From Nageia nagi (Eukaryota > Plantae > Pinophyta): a DNA stretch of 64,000 nucleotides. The stretch lies in NCBI GenBank assembly GCA_050084985.1, contig JBITNC010000001.1:19344001-19408000 (forward strand). The letters run 5' to 3'. The translations under genes were made by a program, and so were the position numbers. Below the pieces are notes generated by a model. That model saw only the letters and a list, made by a program, of their open reading frames with translations. It ran no database searches and was not told the DNA's origin. Position 1 is the stretch's first letter, and each line of letters begins with the position of its first letter. Shown piece after piece: positions 37,778 to 50,211 of the stretch.

Positions 37778-40700
37778 ATGGTTGAAACCTTCATACCCAA
37801 GCATATACTCGACGGTTCCAACTTTGGCATATGGGAACCTCGTATGAAAGCTGAGTTACAAGCAAGGAAGCTGTGGCAGACAGTTAATGAAGACATGGTC
37901 GCTCCTACAGATGAGAAGGCTCTTGAAATCTACAACTCAAAGAATGAGTTAGTAACTTCAATGATTTATTGTGCAGTTTCAGATGACGTACTTCTCATGA
38001 TCTCTTCTTCAACATCAGCAAAGGAAGCTTGGGATAGGCTAAAGAAAATTTACCTTGGGTCAAAATTTTCAAGGAGGTTCACTATTTTACAAAATTTGTT
38101 GCAATATCGTCAAGGTGAAGATGAAAGTGCTTCTATTTACTTGAACAAAATCATTGACCTCAGGACACAATTGGTTGGTTGTGGGTGCAACTGGATTAAT
38201 GATGAGTTCATGGTCTTCATCATTCTTCAAAGCCTTTCTACAAAGTTCAGTAAGTTTGTCATGATTATGGAAACTAGGCTCGATGATGAAGAAGATGTCA
38301 TCTCTCTTGATAACCTTTCTAGACTCCTTCTGAAGCATGAGGAAACTTTGAATAAGAAAATGTTGAACCTTTCTCCAAAGGACAATAACATTGCTCTAGG
38401 AGCAACCAAAACTCCTTTCAAGAAGAAGTTCAAACATTATAAATTCAAAGATAACAAATCCTCATCTACCTTCAGGAAGTATGAGAAAAAGGGCAACAAT
38501 AATGGCAACTTCATGCAAAGGAATGACAAAGCTGGATCAAGTAATCCAACACCTCAGGAAAAGTTTGATGGAAATTGTAACTTTTGTGGCATCTTTGGGC
38601 ACAAAGAGTATGATTTTCGTAAAAAGAAATTTGCTAAAAAAGGTAAGGAAAATGTAAATGTGAAAAATTTCTATAATAAAAAGAAGAACAAGCATGCTGC
38701 TACTGTTGCCTACTACTCAATGACTCAAACTATTTCAAATGATTGGATTATTGATTCAGGATGCACTAATCACATGTGTTATGAAAAGGATAAGTTTGAA
38801 AACATTCATAAGTACAAGAAGGATGCAGTTGTGATAGGTGATAATTCAATCCTTGATGTTCAAGGAATAGGGAGTGTGAAGATTCATGGAAGGGTTCTTG
38901 ATAATGTCTTTTATGTGCTTAAACTAAGGATGAATCTTATCTCCGTAATTCAGATTACAAGGAAAGGATACTCATTTGAGTTTACCTCACACTCCTGGTG
39001 TGTTAAGAAAGGACTTGCCACCTTCATGAAAGGATCAATAAAGGATGACCTTTATATTATAGATCAAGTTCCTTCAAAGATGTGTCTTGCTGCAAATGTT
39101 TGTTCAAAGGGTAATCTTTGGCATCAACGATTAGGGCACCTTAACCATAAGAGTATTCAAGATATGAAAAATCAAGAACTTGTGGAAGGTTTACCTAATA
39201 TTTCACCCACAATTGGTCTCTGTAAAAGGTGCATTCTAGGAAAGATGAATAGGCAAAAGTTTGAAAAAGATAAGGCAACTCAGGCTACTCATCCTCTTCA
39301 GCTTGTGCATTCAGATTTGATGGGTCCGTTTCAGACTAAGTCTCTAGGGGGAGCTTCTTATGTTCTGACCTTCATTGATGACTTCAGTAGGATGACATTT
39401 GGTTATCTACTTGAGCACAAGGATCAAACTTTTGATAGGTTTAAAGATTTCAAGGCTCTTGTTGAAAATCAAACTGAGATCAAGATGCTGAGATCTAATA
39501 ATGAGGGTGAGTATAATAGCAATGAGTTTAACGACTATTGTGTTAAACATGGGATCAAGCAACAATTCATAATCCCTTACACCCCTCAACAAAATGGAGT
39601 TGCTGAAAGGAAGAATCGAACCATTATGGAAATGGCAAGGTGCATGTTGGGTAACCTTCCTAGTTTCTTATGGGGTGAAGCTATTCATATTGCTATTCAC
39701 ACCCTAAATAGGTGTCCTACTAAAGCAATTGAAGATAAAACTCTGTATGAAGCATGGACAGGAAAGAAACCTAACATCTCACACTTTAGGGTCTTCGGTT
39801 GTGATGCATTTGCCTTCATTACCTCAGAGAAAAGAAAGAAGTTGGATAAAAGATCAAAAAAATGCATCTTTGTGGGGTATGATAATCAGCATAGAGGTTA
39901 CAGGCTCTACTCCTCATCCCATAAAACAGTCTTTATTTCTAGGGATGTTAAGTTCAATGAACTTCTTAAGGATACGACTTCTCATGCTGAGGTGTCTGAT
40001 TCAGATGATTCTTCACCTACACCTAACTGGTTGGATGATAATGTAGGGAAGTCACCACAAGAGCAAAATTCTCCAACTCAGAGAATTACAAGGAGTATGA
40101 CCTTGAATAAATCTTTATTTACCAAAATTTATAATACAAATGAGCCATCAACCTTCAAAGAAGCTTCCAAGCAAGAGTGTTGGATGGAAGCTATGAAAGT
40201 TGAGTATGAGGTGCTCATGAAAAATGAAACTTGGGATTTAGTTCCTTATCCCAATGAGAAAAATGTGATTGGAAATAAATGGATATACAAGGTCAAGTAC
40301 AATTATAATGGAGAAATTGAAAAATACAAAGCAAGGTTAGTGGCCAAAGGATTTGCTCAGAAATATGGTATTGATTATGAGGAAACCTTTGCTCCTGTGG
40401 CCAAGATGCCTACTGTCAGGATAATTCTTGCTCTTTCTGCAGCTCAAGGATGGTAAGTTTTTCAACTTGATGTCAAGAGTGCATTTTTCAATGGTGACTT
40501 GGATGTAGAAATCTACATGAATAAACTAGAAGGATTTATTCCAGAAGGTAAAGAGTCTTTTGTGTGCAAGCTAAAGAAGTCTTTGTATGGACTTAAGCAA
40601 GCACCTAGAGTATGGTACAAGAAAATTTTAGGATTCTTTGTAGATATTGGTTTTTCCAAGTGCTTCTCTGACTCAGATCTCTATGTACTCAATCAAGGAA

Positions 40701-41532
40701 AAGACATGGTCTTAATTCTCCTTTATGTGGATGATCTTCTCATAACTGGTAATCATATTGAAATCATCCAAGAGTGCATATCCAAACTAAAGGCAATATT
40801 TGAAATGACTGATCTAGGTCTATTACATTACTATCTTAGGATGCAAGTATACCAACAAAAAGATTGTACTTATCTTAGTCAATCTAAGTATATATCAGAC
40901 ATCTTGCAAAAGTTTGGAATGGAGGAGTGTAGATATGCTGCAATACCTATTTCTCCTGGAATCATTATATCTCTGAGCTTAGATTCTCAGTTGGTTGATG
41001 CTACAGCTTATAGGCAATTGATCGGTAGTCTTCTGTATCTAACTATCTCTCGACCTGATATTGCCTTTGCAGTGAATCTGATGGCACGATTCATGCAAAA
41101 ACCATATGTTGAGCACCTCAATGCTGTTAAGCAAATCTTGATGTATGTGGTAGGGACAAAGGATCTTGCTCTTAAGTATTCCAAAGTGCCCTCTATTATT
41201 CTCTCTAGGTTCTCAGATTCTGATTATGGGGGAGATAGAGATGACAAAAAATTAACCTCTACATATGTGTTCAGCATTGGTTCAGGTGCTATCTCTTGGG
41301 CTTCCAAGAAGCAACCTACTATGACTCTTTCTACCAGAGAACCAAACATGTGGAAATCCAAGCCCATTTTATCAGGGAGAAGGTTCTAGATGACATCATA
41401 CACTTGGAATATTGTCCATCTACTGAAAACTCTGCTGATTTATTCATCAAGCCCCTTCCTGAAGCTCAGTTTAGCAAGCTTAGGGATTCTCTTGGGTTGG
41501 TGAAGTTGCCTTCAAGGGGGAGTGAAGTTTGA
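37778..41532 (+). pseudogene. Copia gag-pol polyprotein, disrupted
   Basis: LDGSNFGIW, knuckle CNFCGIFGHKEYDF (last C lost), WIIDSGCTNHM, LWHQRLGH, VHSDLMGP, RSNNEGEY (D to N), YTPQQNGVAERKNRT, KARLVAKG, YVDDL. In-frame TAA at 40454-40456. RNase H deletion and frameshift near 41335. Confidence 0.96.
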
Positions 41533-41601
41533 ACTTTTGTTAGTGATGACAACTTCACCTCTAAGAGGCTCTTTTGTTGTTGTTATATAGTGTGTGTTAA
41601 T

Positions 41602-41870
41602 CATTTTATACCTCTGTGGTAAGTTTGCTCTGTGTGACAAACTTGTTGTACATTTTATACCTCCATGGTAAGTTTGCTCTACGTGACAAACTTGTTGTAC
41701 ATTTTATACCTTCATGGTAAGTTTGCTCTGCGTGAGAAACTTGTTGTACAATTTTTTGAGCATATAATTAATATACCTCCATGGTAAGTTCGCTCTACGT
41801 GAGGAACTTATTGTACATTTTATACCTCCATGGTAAGTTTGCTCTGCGTGAAAAACTTGTTGTACAATTT
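41602..41870 (+). repeat. 49-bp tandem repeat x5 in the copia 3' UTR
   Basis: CATTTTATACCTCCATGGTAAGTTTGCTCTACGTGACAAACTTGTTGTA units at 41602, 41651, 41700, about 41770 and about 41816. Confidence 0.93.
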
Positions 41871-42342
41871 TTATGCTCTATTAATAATCAACACATGTCT
41901 ATATACAATAGGTGACTATGAGTGATGGCTTGGCATCTCCGTGATGACTTATAGTGCACCATTGATCAGTTATTTATAATATGGTATTATTTGATTCTCT
42001 TATTTGAATATATGATGCATCTAACTAATTTTGTTCATGAGTTTCTTGTAGCATACAGGATCTTCTTCAGAAATGCAGGTTACTCACCTTGTGTAAGCAA
42101 GCTCATGGACACTCATATGTTAGCTTAAAGTTGATCGACTACTATGTACAGTGAAACCAGTTGTGGTTAATGATTGTATTGTAAACCATTTTTGTCAAAT
42201 GGTAATGTAGTGAGTCTCAAACTAGTTCTCAAAAAGATTCTCAAATATGTAAATGTTCTCATCTCCACTTGTATCTCTATGGAGGAGAACTCTCTCTTAC
42301 TCTCTCTCTTCTCTCTTCTATGCTCTATCCCAATATTGCATT

Positions 42343-42351
42343 AAGGGGGAG
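42343..42351 (+). promoter_or_regulatory. Polypurine tract
   Basis: AAGGGGGAG directly before the 3' LTR TG. Confidence 0.93.
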
Positions 42352-42841
42352 TGTTAGAATTTGTAATGAAATATTGTGAATATCTAAACTCCTTGTAAAT
42401 TCAATTAATCACTTAAAGGATATGTAGATACCTTAAGGGATTAATTGAATTCTATATTATGTAGACTTTGACCTTACCATGTGGTTAGTTGGTAGGTTAA
42501 AGTTAGGTAATACATTTATTGTAACCCTAACCTTACCCTTGGGTTAAAGGGAGGTTAGGGAGGTGCTCTCATGCTATAAATAGAGGGCCTCTCCTCTTGT
42601 AAAACAACTAAGATTTGGAGTAAGATTACTCTACTAGTTTGTGTAGGAGAGAAAGAGAATTGTAGTAAGAGGTGCATAGATTGAGAATTGAGAACTAGTT
42701 GTGGATGTACTCCCAAGGAGGGAGGAACCACATTATATTTGTGTTATCTTGTGTGAATGGTGTTATTAGCTTGTAGATGTTGAATGATTGAGTTTTTTAT
42801 AGTCTTGGACCTTGAGGATTAGAGTAGATCTAATTCCTTCA
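42352..42841 (+). repeat. 3' LTR
   Basis: 490-bp copy of 34345-34834, followed by TSD AATCA. Confidence 0.97.
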
Positions 42842-45800
42842 AATCACAAACATGAATAAAGAGCTAGAAATAGAAAAACAAAAGCAATGGAGGGAATTAT
42901 TCTCTTAAGAAGCAAAAACATATAACAATCCCCCATTATAAGCAATAATTGGTGATAATATTAAACTGAAGTTAAAAATACCATGAGTGATCATAGATCA
43001 AACAATGATAAGAGGGAAATTAAGCCTCATTGGAAAAGTGCAAGGAGTAAAGCCAAATATAGATGATGTCAGAAGATGGGCAAAATATAAATGGAAGCTA
43101 CAAGGTAGTTTAAATATAATAGCACTCCCGAATGATTACATGCTCTTTGTGTTTAGTAATGAAGAAGATAGGAATGAAATATTGAGCTTTGCTTGGTTCA
43201 TCGGTAATAGAGGATTATTCCTAAAAAAATGGTGCCTAGATTTTGACCCACTTCAAGCACAGCTAATGACAGCTCCAATATGGTTAACACTATTGAATTT
43301 ACCATTTAATCTATGGCATCAGAAGGTGTTTGAAGGGATAGATAATTCATTTGAAAAATTCATCACTGCAGATGAGGTAACAAAAGCTCAATCAAGAATG
43401 TTAGCAGCAAGATTCTACATTATGGTAGAATTTGGAGTAAAACTACCAATGTTAATCACCCTGGAGGCCAAAACTAGGGAGATAGAATAGGAATTGAAAT
43501 ATGAAACCAACAACTTCCTATGTTCATTATGTAATTAAGTGGGCTATATAATGCATGTATGCTCGAAGAGAGTATTGAAAAATAAGAAAGAATGGAAGCC
43601 AAAACCACCCTAGGAAAATCTAAACCTGAGGAAGACACAGAATATGAAGATCAGGAAGAAGAAAGTGAAATAAACTAGGGGGAACAAAGAAAAGAAACAA
43701 GTGATTAGGAAACTAGAGGGATGAAGAGGAAAACAAAGTAGATGGTATATAGAATACAAATATAGAAGGGATAAAAGAATTATAAGAAAACCAATAGGTG
43801 AGTGAGGAATGACAGACAGTAAAAGGGAAGAGAGATGAAGATCAATGTCTCCAAAGAAAGTGGTAAAAGAAAATCCATTAGAAAAATAGATGATAACAAG
43901 GAACTCAACAAAGGGGAGGCCATCAATGGGAGAAGTTCGAAGGAAGGAAATAGAAAAGAACATAGCAAATGGAAAGTAGGGAACTCTTGATAACAAGAAG
44001 GGTAGAGCACCCTCCAAAAGGGGTGTCTAATGTTAGTCCTATCATGGAATGTGAGGAGCCTAAGCTCACCCCTTAGAAAGCTAGGCTTTGCGAGAACTTT
44101 GTAAGAAGCAAAATCTTGACATTATCTTCCTACAAGAAATAAAGATAAAAGAAAATAAAATAAAAATGTAAAAAGAAGGATATGGTTGTAAGATGAGATG
44201 GTATACTCTCATGCACAGGGCAATTCATGAGGGATTATGTCATTATGGAACCCAGATATATTTGAAGGAACAATAATAGAAGTAAACACTAGGTTCATTT
44301 GGGTCACACTAATACATAAAATGACCAAAAAAAAATAAACACTATTGATCTTTATGTCCCTAATAGATTGTTAGGGAGAAGAGAAATATGGAAGAAATTA
44401 GAGCAAATTATCAAGAAGAAGGAAGAAGAAAACTAGGTCATAGCAGGAGATTTCAACTCACCACTATACTTAAAAGAAAAGAGTGAGGGAAAATTGGAAA
44501 GCACTCAACTAGCTAGTGTGGAAGACCTCAGGGCTTTTCTCAGCACTATAGGAATGAAAGATCTCAGAATTCATGGCACCAAATACACCTAGACAAAAAT
44601 ATAGATTGGGAGAAAACTAATTATGAGTAGACTAGATAGAATAGTATTCTCTCAAGGATGGATCCAAGACTTTTTGGAATACCAACTACGGGCTCTTCCC
44701 CATATAGGTTTAGATCACAACCCACTATTATAGAAGTAAAAGAAAGAACACTAAAAAACCACCCATTTTGATTTGAAAATATTTGGTTAAGCCACTCGAG
44801 AGTTGGAAGAATGAATAGAAGAATGGTGGAACATTCAATATATGAGACCAAAATGTATAAATTCACAAAAAGGCTACAAAATATAAAGAAACAAATCAAA
44901 AATGAAATAAAGAGGTGTTTGGTAGAGTGGAAGAACAAAAGGAAAATTGAAAATCAAGATAGTAGAAATTAGTAAAGAACTAGAAGCTACAGGGTTGATG
45001 GAAAAACTAAAACAGGAAGAAAAAATGGTTCTATGTGATCTTCAAACACTATGGCAAGGGAAGAGACTAAATGGAGATAAAAATCAAGAATTACATGGAT
45101 AAATGAAGGAGACAAAAACATAAGATTCTTCAAAATGATAACCTTCAAGCATAGAGCAAAAAATAGGATTTAGGAAGTTAAAAAATCAGGGGAACATGAC
45201 ATAGGACCCAAAATGAGATAAAAGAAATATGATTTAGTTCTTTCAATAGCTTTTATCTATGGAAGAACACCTGAATGAAAATCAGCTAAAGGAAGTCTTG
45301 ATGAATGTCCCAATAGTGGTAACAGAGGATCAAAATAGGATACTAATTGAGCCATTCTTAGATGAAAAATTAGAAAATTTATCTTCTCAACAGCCCATAA
45401 TAAATCCCAGGATCATGATGGGTTTTAGGTTGAATTCTTCCAAAATTCTAGAACATAGTTAAGAAGGAAATATCAGATGTTATAAGGGAATTATAGGTAT
45501 CTAGATAGATTTTAAAAGCATGGAATGTGACTTTCCTTGTACTAATACCAAGGTGACAGACTCAAAGGAATCCAAGCAATTCAAACTAATAAGCCTGTGT
45601 AATGTAATCTATAAACAATAACCAATGTATTGGCTAATAGAATGTAGATTATCTTACCATACCTAATCTTAGAAGAATAAGGAGGATTTGTCCAAGGAAG
45701 AAAAATAATGGATGGAATCATAGAAATGCATGAAATATTACACTCAACATAGAATGAGGGAATGCCAGCCTTCTTTCTTAATCTTGATATGCAAAAAGCA

Positions 45801-48098
45801 TATGATATGGTGAATTAGATTTTCCTGGATAAGATATGTGAAAATTTTGGGTTCTCTGATATATGGAGGTATTAGATACAACAATGCCTTTCAACAATGA
45901 TTTTTTCAATATTGATAAATGGAGAAGCTATGGGTTTCTTCAGATCAAAAAGCAGATTGAGGCAAGGGGACCCAATATCCCCTTACCTATTTATTATAAT
46001 GGTAGAAATATTAGGCAGAAAAATTGGAGGCTGGAGAATAGAGAATAAAATAGTAAGCATTATACCTATGGGGATAAGAATAATCAGCACACATAGTCAA
46101 TTTATGGATGATACATTGATTGTTGGAAAGTCATCAGTAATAGAAGCAAGAAACTACGTAAAAATCTTGCAACTATATGAAGGCACATCACAATAGAAGA
46201 TAAACTTTGATAAAAGCAAGTTATTTTTTTCCATACCCTAGTAAAGAGATAAAGGAAAATAACAAAGATATTTAATTGCCAAATTGAAGAGTTTCCAACA
46301 ACATACCTAGGGATGCCTCTCTTCCTAAGATCTTTAGGGAAAAATCTTTGGCTATCCCTAGTGGAGAGATTCAAGAAGCTTGCAGGATGGAAAGGGGTAA
46401 CTATTAATAGTAGTAAAATTTTTGCTGGTCACAATGGTCCTTCAAAGCATGAATGTTTAATGTGCATCAGTATTGAAAATTTTCATAGGTATATGCAATC
46501 AGATTGATCAGATTTGTAACCAATTCTTATGGACAAGGATGGAAGAGAAAAAGAGAATAGCCCTGGTAAGCTGGAAAAATGTGTGTTTGCCAAAAAAATA
46601 AAGTGGCTTAGGTCTCCAAAGTTTGCAAGATTTCAATAAGGCACTACGGGGTAAACTTGCATGGAAGGCTAGCATAAAGGAGGCTAGGAAGTGGGTGAAT
46701 ATCTGTCAACAAAAGTACCTTAGAGAAAATTACAATTTTATACAAGTCAAAAAAGAAAGGCAAGGATCTGCCTTTTGGAGAGGAATAACCAAAGTCAAAA
46801 AACTTCTAAGAGAAAATGTAACTTGGAGAATTAGAAATGGAAAAGATGTACAATTCTAAGAGGATGATTAGCTAGGTGGCAAGCCAATGATTCAATTGGA
46901 AAACTTCAAAGAATTGGCATGATTTGGAAGAGAAATGTGGAATGGAAAATAAAATGTTACATAGAAAATAGTAATGGATAGAGAAAATGGAAAAACCTAC
47001 AACCCATAGGAAGGGAGCTAGTTGAAATTGTAGTAACAATCAACAAAATGCTATTGGAAATTTAATTTCCAACAAACTATGGGTCATACATCCCATAATG
47101 GAAACCAAATAAAGAAGGGAGATACTCAATAAAGTCAAGTAATAACACACTCATTAGGCAAAATGGAGACATCTTCCCACTCAAGAAAGTATGGATAAAA
47201 GGAGTGACCTCAAAAGTAACACATTTCCTTTGGCTGATCTATAAAAAGAGAGTATCAACTATTAATAATCTAAGGAAAAGAGGACATATCATAATGAACA
47301 AGTGCACATTATGCTATGCAAAAGATGAAATAATGGACCATATATTCCAAGGATGTCCTTTTACTCAAGGAATATGGAAAGAAATCCTAGGAAATTAAAG
47401 GTTTGATCGAGGTGTGGACATAATAGAGTCTATAGCCAAGTGGCCCCCTAAAATATTTGGTAAAGAAGAAAGAAGGAAATGGACAATTTGACTTCCTCAT
47501 ATGTTATGGAAAAATTGGAAGGAAAGGAATAGACAAATCTTCTAGGAGAAGGCTTTATCTATTGAAAGACTAGAAAATAAAAAATGGTGGATGAGAATTG
47601 GAGAGTCATAAGCAAGGAAGAACACCAAAATGTAGAAATTGGTAGGAAGGGGGGGAGGGAGAAAGACTTGCATCTAATGGATAGCAAGCTACAACCTAGA
47701 AAGAAGTCCTAATGACAAACTAGTAGGGACTAACAAAGATGGAGATGGAGCTCTTATGGAATTGTTTCAACAAGAGAAACTCAAACTTTGAAATAGAATG
47801 GAGTTCGATGGTATAGTAAGTACATGGGTGGTGTGATCAAGAGATAGAATAGGAGGAAGAAAAATAATGCACAACATGGGAAACTATGGGTTTCAACCTT
47901 TTTGATAGCTATGGGGAACAACACTTGGGCAACTACAAGGATGGTTTTTCTGATATTCTATTTTCTATTTCAAGTTCTTGTAAGATCTTTGTATTGTAAA
48001 TACAATTCCTAATGTATATATAGGTTTTGGGGCCCTATTTCTTAGAAAACCCACTATAAACTATTTTTACCCTTATAAAAAAAAAATATAGTAGAAAA

Positions 48099-48384
48099 TA
48101 TGTCCCTAATGGGACATTGTGGTGGGAAAGTGATTCAAATTAACAAGAGGAGGTCACAAGTTCGAATCCCCTTGATGGATCCCTGATAATGTTATGTGGC
48201 TATAGTTCATATGCATTTTGGCTATATTGTCATCAGTTGGTGGGGTTTGGATAAAAACCCTCATGTAAAAGCCCCATACAAGAAAAGAACCTATGATATA
48301 CTTGAGTCATGCGATTTGCAAACATGAGCACGACTCCAAGAGGATTAGTGGCTTTGTCTAACACCTCTTGTTATAAAAACAAAT
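48099..48384 (+). mobile_element. tRNA-derived SINE (about 290 bp)
   Basis: B-box GTTCGAATCC at 48160-48169 preceded by AGGTCACAA, degenerate A-box near 48110-48122, A-rich tail. 14-bp TSD ATTATAGTAGAAAA at 34114-34127 and 48385-48398. Confidence 0.8.
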
Positions 48385-49900
48385 ATTATAGTAGAAAAGG
48401 TATTTTATTTGATTGATAAATCTTATCAATGATAATCAAACCCCATATAAGTAAGAATAATATTGAGAGCATATTAGATAAAAGATAATACCATGTAACA
48501 AATTAATGTAGTATTATAATTGTAGAAATAAAAAATCAAGAGTCAAGTGGGATCTTAAAGATTAAATCTCTAAATGATGATATTAAAATATTTATTAATT
48601 TTACAAATCCATATTGTATTTATTCATTTTATGAATCACTTTAAATAAAAATTGTGTACCTAATAAATATTTTAGCAAACTAGCAAAATTAAATGAATAT
48701 ACCTCACATATTTAACATAATAGAATATAAAAATACTAGATTTTGGTACTTTAGTGGAGTTTTGTATTACAATAAAACTAGTAATGCATTTAATAATTAT
48801 AGATAAAAATTATTCATCCTTGATAAAATAATATTTAATAACTTAAGAGGGGGGCATGTGCAAGTATTTTCACTTGTATAGGCATCCCCACTCAAGCTCT
48901 AATTGTGAAACCCTCACAACTTAGCTTTTTAGAATGATGGTTTGCAAGTAGGGAAAGCAATGGAATGAAATGATTTGCATGATCTCAGGCACGCTTGAGC
49001 AAGGAAATATTATTAATCATAGATGGAATGAAGATTGTAAATGTTGTAACTATGAAGTATAATAGAATGAAGCATGTTTTAGAGTTCTCTAAAGATACCC
49101 ATTAAAGATACAAAGGGAAGACTAATCTTGGAATAAATGTTAATAGAGAGGTGGAAGGAGCCATTTGCTCTTGATTGGGAAATTGATATAAAGGGATCAA
49201 TCTTTTGATTGCACCCTTCAATGGGGATCAGATGACTTCCTGAAGATGTGAACATAACTTAAGATAGAGGCAAACACATGATGGTATGATGCATAACCTA
49301 GACTGTTCAAAGGAAATCCTTTCAAGGTGTAAAAGAAAGATTGATCCTTAGGTGTTGTTAACAAAGAGATGGAGGAAGCCACCTACTCTTGATAATATAA
49401 TTGATCAAAAAGGCTTAATATTTTGATTAAATCATTATCAAAGATCCAATGACTTCCTTATTATACTCAGACTAAAAGAAAGTTAGAAAATAAAGCTTAG
49501 ATGAATGGTAGTCTTATTTGGAAATGAATCTGAACTTAGATGAGAATCATTCCTAAAGGTGGGTTAACAAAGAGGTAAAGGAGCTACTTATTTAAGAATA
49601 TGCATAAGAATCATAGGGGTTGGTTATGTGTCTAAAGTTTCGAGTCTCCAACAACATTACACAAACTAACAATCCTATTGGATAGTGAGTGCAAGGATGG
49701 GATATCAAACATATTATCAGAGAGATAGGCTTATGTGAAGAAGTTTGTTCATGTTGATGTATAAGTTTGAAGGTATCCCTTTCTTTGTGTTCATTGTTCC
49801 ACTAGATGATTCCATTGATCAATGAGCTTTACTAGAGATGTTAATATGATTCATTTACGACTCAAAGATAATAGCAGAAGCTTAGGCTACATAAATCAAG

Positions 49901-50211
49901 CAGAAGAATGAATGCATAGAGAAAGAAGGTAAGGAACTAAATATTGATGAAGGACCCATAATTATATATTATGTAAATCCCCTTAGGGAAATCCTTCCTT
50001 GTAATAGATAAATAAATTAATTATATTGTAATAGACTTTAGGTAATTCAAGCTATCAGAAGAATGGATGTATAGAGAAAGAAGGTAGGAACTAAAGACTA
50101 ACGAAGGACCCAAAATTATCTATGATGTAAATCCCCTTAGAGAAATCATTCCTTGTAATAGATAAATAAATTAATTATATTGTAATAGACTTTAGGTAAT
50201 TCAAGCTATCA
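49901..50211. repeat. 155-bp x2 tandem duplication at the end of an LTR-like relic
   Basis: Units start CAGAAGAATG at 49901 and 50056, with near-identical 3' halves. Confidence 0.92.

Larger units (their letters stand above)
34345..42841 (+). mobile_element. Full-length Ty1/copia LTR retrotransposon (defective), 8497 bp
   Basis: Two 490-bp LTRs TG...CA, TSD AATCA (34340-34344 and 42842-42846), PBS, PPT, and domain order gag-PR-IN-RT-RH. Confidence 0.98.
34132..48086 (+). mobile_element. Old degenerate L1-clade LINE (about 5.45 kb), split by the copia insertion
   Basis: 16-bp TSD TATAGTAGAAAATATG (34116-34131 and 48087-48102) and poly(A) 48077-48086. ORF1 relic 42987-43490 (APIWLTLLNLP). ORF2 relics MLVLSWNVRSL (about 44030), LRQGDPISPYLF, QFMDD and CTLC...HIFQGC. 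Many stops. Confidence 0.93.

Noticed and set aside
48105-48180. Functional tRNA gene
   Set aside because: The B-box is present but there is no acceptor stem or cloverleaf. An A-rich tail and TSD indicate a SINE.
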